DNA of 64,000 bases from Eledone cirrhosa (Eukaryota). The notes under the pieces are model-generated. The model ran no database searches, was not told the origin of the DNA, and was given only the letters and a program-made list of their open reading frames with translations. The stretch's first letter is position 1, and every line of letters starts with the position of its first letter. Position numbers and translations under genes: made by a program. Of this stretch, positions 57,891 through 64,000 are shown one piece after another. The stretch spans positions 3,100,001 to 3,164,000 of the forward strand of contig OZ024758.1 in the NCBI GenBank assembly GCA_964016885.1, given 5' to 3'.

Positions 57891-58703
57891 CTGTGTGTGT
57901 GTTCGGTATATATATATATACACATACAACGGAAATTGGTCATTGATGTAATTGTTACTAAGACAAATATATTGTGACAATATCATTTGTAGTTTCATTG
58001 AAAGCATATGTAGTTATAAATAACATTGAAGAATATCTAAACAGCATGACGAACAACAGGCCAAAGTGTGTTTGCTGAGTTCAATGAAAGAAGCCTTTAA
58101 TACGAGACATATCTTGGAGCTGTTTTATAGAGGCACTATAGTCCTAAGTCTCGTGTATGTCTTTTCTTTCTTTCTACATTGTTTTCTTACCACCCTACAT
58201 AGACATTCTTTTATTTTACCTCATACAAAAGAAAAGATCTATTTCAAAAGCTTAAGTAACATTGCTTATAGAGGATGATTGCTAAAACAATAAACTTTGT
58301 GCTGCCTGTGCAAAAACACTTGCCACCTATACTAGCTGCAGGGAATGCCAAGCTGAAAGTCTATTATTGTTTACTCAAGTCTTAGAAAAGAGAAGGCTAC
58401 TACTACACACCACAGATATTCAAACATACCACACACCACCAGTGTTTTATCTTCTAAATAGTATTGTACAAATTCAACACTAACATAACATATATGAACG
58501 ATTATAATATTTTATTGAGTCCGCGCATTTTGATATGCGAGATTACATCAATATATTCTATTGTATCGCAAGTCAGCTACTTCAAAGAAGTCAATTAATA
58601 TACGTGTTCATAAAACAGGAGTAATTCATATATTCAGATATACACACATACAAGCGTAAACGCATAAACTCACAACAGCAGCATGTATATATAAGACTTA
58701 GAT

Positions 58704-58711
58704 TGAGAGAG

Positions 58712-58742
<31 letters not shown>

Positions 58743-58822
58743 GAAAGAGAGAGAGAGAGAGAGAGAGAATGAGAGAGAGAATGAGAGAGAGAAAGAGAGA
58801 AAGAGAGAGAGAAAGAGATAGA

Positions 58823-58854
<32 letters not shown>

Positions 58855-58857
58855 AAT

Positions 58858-58908
<51 letters not shown>
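58704..58908. repeat. (GA)n-rich polypurine tract
   Basis: Direct inspection. Confidence 0.95.
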
Positions 58909-58912
<4 letters not shown>

Positions 58913-59364
58913 TTAATACAACATATTACATACTGGTTAGCTTTCATCTTCACGAATAAAATTACCTGTGAATATATATGTTGTCTTTGAGTATGCATAT
59001 GTGTTTGCATGCATCTATGTATGTATGTGTGAAGGTACGCAAGCATTTTGTTTTTTTTTTTGGGGGGAGCGAGAAACTCCTTGTCTTTATTAAGGCATCT
59101 CTCTAGGAAAACGCCATCGATATAAAATTTGCGACTTCGTTTGCATCCTACAACGAAGACCAGTTATTCTTGTTGGACAAATGCACTCGATATTCAGAGG
59201 GTGGGATGGTCCCGTGCAAAGTGTTTCCTCACTCCAAAACGCTTGAAGCACAGGCATCGTATCATAGGTGACATGAACAGGAAGGAGAACAATCAGCCAC
59301 GTATTCACCCTACTAAAAGAAACCTCTTAAAAACGATCATAAACGAATGTATTCTTTACATTAT

Positions 59365-59540
59365 ATTGGCAGATAGAGGGTCGGTCGCAATGTTTTGGAG
59401 TATAGAGTTACGGGCCTTTCTGATCTAAGTTCAAATCCTGCCGAGGTTAACTTTGCCTTTCATCCTTTCGGGATCGATAAATTAAAGTACGAGTAATGCA
59501 CTGATTTAATTGCTGGCCTTGTGCCAAAAGTAGAAACAAT
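59365..59540 (+). mobile_element. tRNA-derived SINE
   Basis: Consensus match. Confidence 0.85.
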
Positions 59541-61329
59541 GTATGTATGCATGTATGTGTTTGTGTATGTGTGTGTGTGTAAGAACATTGCTTTGCATGA
59601 ATACTAAAACATTCGTACCATTTCTAGTTTTTAAAAGCATATATTGATGTGTTTGCGTGTATACGTGGTTTCATATGAAATGAATTCAGACGTGAATTGG
59701 AGATGATGGAAATTAGAAATTAGAAATCTTAAAATCAATTTCAGGCTATAAAATTTATGACATATAAATCATTTTCTTGCTCGTAATTAGGTAAGTGGTA
59801 ATACTCTCAGAGATTAGTTCTTGGTAACACACCTTCCACCTCGTCTCGGGGGAATATCGATTGCTTTCCTCGTGTGTATTAAACTTTTGTAACATGACAG
59901 ATTATTGAGGACTTTCTTTTACGATATAGGAAGTTCGTTCATATTGTTGAACACGTGAAGCTATCAGGACTGCAGATCTACCTTGGCTAAATGCATGCTT
60001 TTATTTAGAAAATGCATCTGCTGGAATGATTTTTAAACATAACTGATATTTGTATGAGGAATTGAAAACCTGTTAATGTACAAATATCTAACGATATTCA
60101 CGTTGAGGTTTCGGATTGTCCGCATGTATCTTCATTAACACGAGATAATAATAACCAAATAACTGTATTACTATATACCTTTCATTGAGTCTGATGTTGA
60201 ATTTTAAACAAAGAACGTGATGTGGAATTCTTATATACTCGAGATAACGTTGAAATTTACTTGAAATATACATTAATTCTGAAATGAAGAAGGGATGTCT
60301 CCACCGACAAGGATTTCGATTTGCACCCATGTGGCTACATGTTCACTCATGTTGATGGGAGATTATTTGACTTCACTTATAGATTCGGGTCGAACTATGC
60401 TGTCTTAGTTAAATTTGGTTGACAGAAATCGCAGAACCCGGGCATATATATGTAATGGAGAGTTACCATTTCGAAGGTTAAATGCACATACGGAATGTGT
60501 ATGTGCGTAGGAGGGGGATGCGTGTGTGTGGTGTATGCGGCCAGATATTTTTGTTCGGCTTTGTTACTGTATCTATGATTATGTCTACTGTATATTTATA
60601 TCACACTGGATAGTGGTTCGACAAAAGTATTTGATACATTATCTACTGCGGTCAACCAAATAGACTGATTGACAAGTTGATAATTAGACGAACTATTGTA
60701 AGGATGTGCCCCAGCCAGCCCATAGCGAAATAATTAAAAGTCTAAAAATATAAAAGTGGAAATCATCACGTTTATCTAATTTTATCACAAGCTATGCTTG
60801 ATTAAAATACGATATTTTGTTACACAGTAAGTTTATTATTAACCATTCTTCCAATGGTCAGAACGATCCATATTAATATAAGTCTCTTGAAATAAAATAC
60901 CATTTTCCTGGTAATGTCAGTCAGATAGTTCACTAGATTTTTCATATTTACGAAATAGACTATATCGATAAATGGAAATGACAAGTGTGCAAGCCATGGC
61001 GAATGAAGAACCAAGAATAATATGGTTTTCTTAAGAATTAGATTACCTGTTACTTTTGAAATATGAAAGAGAGATTCTCATTTATTTGGGTTCAGAATAT
61101 AACGTCCCTTAGGATTATTTCCTGAATGCGTTAATGGCGGAACTCCTAATTCCCAAATTTACCGACACAGAGAGATGTGTAATGTTGTTTAGCATTTAAA
61201 TGATATACGTGCTTTTATAATCGACTTAACTCGGGCGTGCTATAGATAAATTACACTATACAGAAATCACATTCCAATGGTTAGCAAAGCACATTATGGC
61301 ATAGAAATATCTTCTGGCATTTCAATCAT

Positions 61330-61445
61330 ATTTTAGACGGCTGAATATACGGTCCTTCGGTTGAAAGCTAAACTGACGTTACAAATAGGAAGATGGATAC
61401 TTGATTTTGAAAAACAATTCAGAAAACGATATAGAAGCAATGGCC
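61330..61445 (+). mobile_element. Possible CR1/L2 reverse-transcriptase remnant
   Basis: EYTVLRLKAK...IGRWILDF..N..SNG loosely resembles 'DH.ILL.KL...GRWI.DFL..R.Q.V.NG'. Confidence 0.3.
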
Positions 61446-61788
61446 ATGATAGAAAATGGTGCAGAATGAAACAAAAAGCGCTTCAGATTAGATATAGTAC
61501 ATGATAACATTGTTATTGTCAAGGAATATACAGTTATGATAGCCAACTGTACAATTGCTATCGCTATTTAGAAAGGCAAGTAAAATCTGCTGTCATTTAC
61601 AGCGCATCTGAAGCAGAATTCCTTTTCAAAATCAACAGTTCTCATACAATAAAGCACACACATTGACATGACTGCAAATTAAAGCAGCTTAATGTAATAT
61701 GAAAGGAACGTATGTTTATGATTGAAATGTCGCTCGTCTGAATGCGTACATTCACACATACATACATACATACATACATGCATTCACA

Positions 61789-62171
61789 CATGGTGGCTGC
61801 CAACTCGTTTTCGAGTACGGCCACTACTTTATATCCATGTAGGAGAACCCCTACCGATGCGCTGAACGAGTGTGACATTTTAGTCCAGCCAGCGACTTGA
61901 AAACTCTGGTACAAACACTATACTTGTGTCAATTATTGACAGTGCTGAGCCCATGGTACCATGTGACGATAAGTGCAGAGAGATCTCCAGATACAAAGCA
62001 ATGCCTGTGCCGTGAAAGCTTTTATAGTGAGCAAAGGCACTGCACAAAGCCAGTCCCACACTCTTAACCAAGATGATATTTACCAAAAAGAATAACAAGT
62101 CAACATCATTGGATACCATCAGAGTCGCAGGTGTTATATCAAAGTTTTCCTTCTCCTAGAATTCTGCCTTG
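61789..62171 (-). mobile_element. Second, 5'-truncated copy of the 19097 RTE-derived element
   Basis: High identity to 19097-19480; abuts (CATA)n. Confidence 0.8.
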
Positions 62172-62273
62172 CATTCACACATACATACAATCATACATAC
62201 GCCCTTACGTATATAGATATATACATATGTATATCTATATATATATATATATATACGTACATGCACAAATACC

Positions 62274-62324
<51 letters not shown>

Positions 62325-62477
62325 ACATTGATGCATACATGCGAAAATGCGCATAGTACTATTTTCGTTTCCTCCTTATACACCCCCCCCCCCCGCATAT
62401 CTATATATATATATATATATATAAAATGTATAAATATATGTAGTCATGTGTATCCTTATATATATATATATATATAT

Positions 62478-62877
62478 ATCAAAAGATGGTTAAAAGTGTT
62501 CCAAGTATTTTATTATGCGCATTTCAAAAACAAATATCATCATGGGATGATATCTGCGTTCTCATCAAATAAAATAGGGAGACATGATATGAAGCTTAAA
62601 AAACACTTGTGATTAGTGAAGTTTTAAATCAACTAATTACTTAACTATTCTCAAGTGTTTTTTAAGCTTTATATCATGTTTCCCTATTGTATCTGATGAG
62701 AACGCAGACATCCCATGACGATATTTGTTTTTGAACTGCGCATAATAAAACACTTGGAACTGTTTTAACCATCTTTTGATCTTATAGTATTTATACTCCA
62801 GTCCTACAAACTTTAGAGTGCTACTTATCCGATATTTGCATTGCTTTATTGTGCTACAATAAAACTCACCTCCTACA

Positions 62878-62880
<3 letters not shown>
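62478..62880. mobile_element. Fold-back element in (TA)n with one-sided tail (family I)
   Basis: About 140-bp arms (62478-62621 and 62639-62780), CTGATGA at 62693-62699, and an unpaired tail to about 62880. Confidence 0.75.
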
Positions 62881-62926
<46 letters not shown>

Positions 62927-63473
62927 TTATGTGAGTATGTATATTCGCTCGCACTCATATATATGTACATATGGAAGTATATCTGTATATGTATGCAACG
63001 TATAAAACACTTATATAATATAAACTCTATATTTCATATGACGCAACAATTCTATACGGGAAGAGGTTAAAATGCCATGGAATATATTTATCATACTCTC
63101 TGAAGAGTGTTGATGATTATTTCCTGGTTTCAATAGAAAGAAGGAAATTGCATGAATATTTTATATTGACGTCATTAACAATAAATATTCTTATATACTT
63201 ATTCTAGGTGGTACAAAATACATGAAGTTAGACACTACTCTAAAAGACATCTATAAATAGTAGCAAATATATTCGACACAATTACTATTCATCTATGGAG
63301 GATAATTACATTTTTATACGTCTTCACGTAAAGTACATTCCATAATGTATTTCTTTATCTTATTAACAATAATCTATCGACACCGCAGTGAATTAAAAGT
63401 GAAATTACACTTATATGTCATATGTTGAAATTTTGCATTATTAGAAATTGCTTTAAATGCGTATCATCTAGAT

Positions 63474-63763
63474 CATTCATAGGCAACCTGCGGCCAGCGA
63501 AGCTTTCTAAATGGCTCGCCTACGTCACCTAAGTGAAATCCTTCTAATTTTTTACCCTAACCTTTCAGTCATAATTTATCTTTCTATCATTATTACGATC
63601 GAGGAAAACAACGTGTACGAATTCTAAGGAAACAAATCAAAACAATCTGAGTTACACCCTTTTTTTAAATGTGGGCACTAATGTAAATTAACCCTTGCGG
63701 CCCACCTGATGATCAGCAATATATCATGCGGCCCCACTTCTCGAAAAAGGTTGCCCACACCTG
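63474..63763. mobile_element. hAT (Charlie/Buster-type) MITE
   Basis: Termini cattcataggcaacc / ggttgcccacacctg, perfect 8-bp TSD ATCTAGAT (63466-63473 and 63764-63771), subterminal gcggcc motifs. Confidence 0.9.
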
Positions 63764-64000
63764 ATCTAGATGTTCTCTTGTCATCCCTTCAAGTATATAA
63801 CATATTGATGAAGCCACTCCATGCTTCATTCTATACAGTACAGCTGTCGGTGTATATCATTAAATCTATATTAACCATATGTCTACTGTTGATGACATAG
63901 TACATAATTTACTCTATATAATGATTGCTACACCTAAAAGAGATAACTAAACTGAACATATCGAAACATGAAATATCCCCATTCTCTACCGTTCCTTTCC

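Noticed and set aside
59090-59330. Possible LINE ORF1 zinc-knuckle remnant (IRCLCFKRFG)
   Set aside because: Too degenerate to call without a search.
59745-59790. AG...GTAAGT-bounded candidate exon
   Set aside because: Stops in all three frames and a weak pyrimidine tract.
63700-63730. CTGATGA inside the hAT MITE
   Set aside because: No second core half; chance match.

Overview
Eukaryotic, very AT-rich, repeat-dominated non-coding DNA (intergenic or a large intron). The SINE family and the (TA)n/(CA)n/(CATA)n load resemble octopod cephalopod genomes; this is recalled similarity, not a database match. I found no intact host gene, and almost every long ORF in the track is a microsatellite artefact. 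Recognisable content: about 23 copies of one tRNA-derived SINE, and decayed fragments of a Ty3/Gypsy integrase, a mariner transposase, RTE-type LINE ends, two CRE-like restriction-endonuclease LINE ends and a Penelope GIY-YIG domain. There are also several MITEs (one hAT type with an 8-bp TSD) and minisatellites. The most notable signal is a set of at least five unrelated short element families embedded in (TA)n tracts that carry type-I hammerhead ribozyme motifs (CUGANGA...GAAA...GUH with pairable stems). They look like Penelope pseudo-LTR or retrozyme-like units and often form fold-back palindromes. Examples are a near-perfect 346-bp inverted repeat with one hammerhead per arm, and a family whose palindrome axis lies in hammerhead stem II. 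Coordinates were counted by eye and may be off by a few bases.
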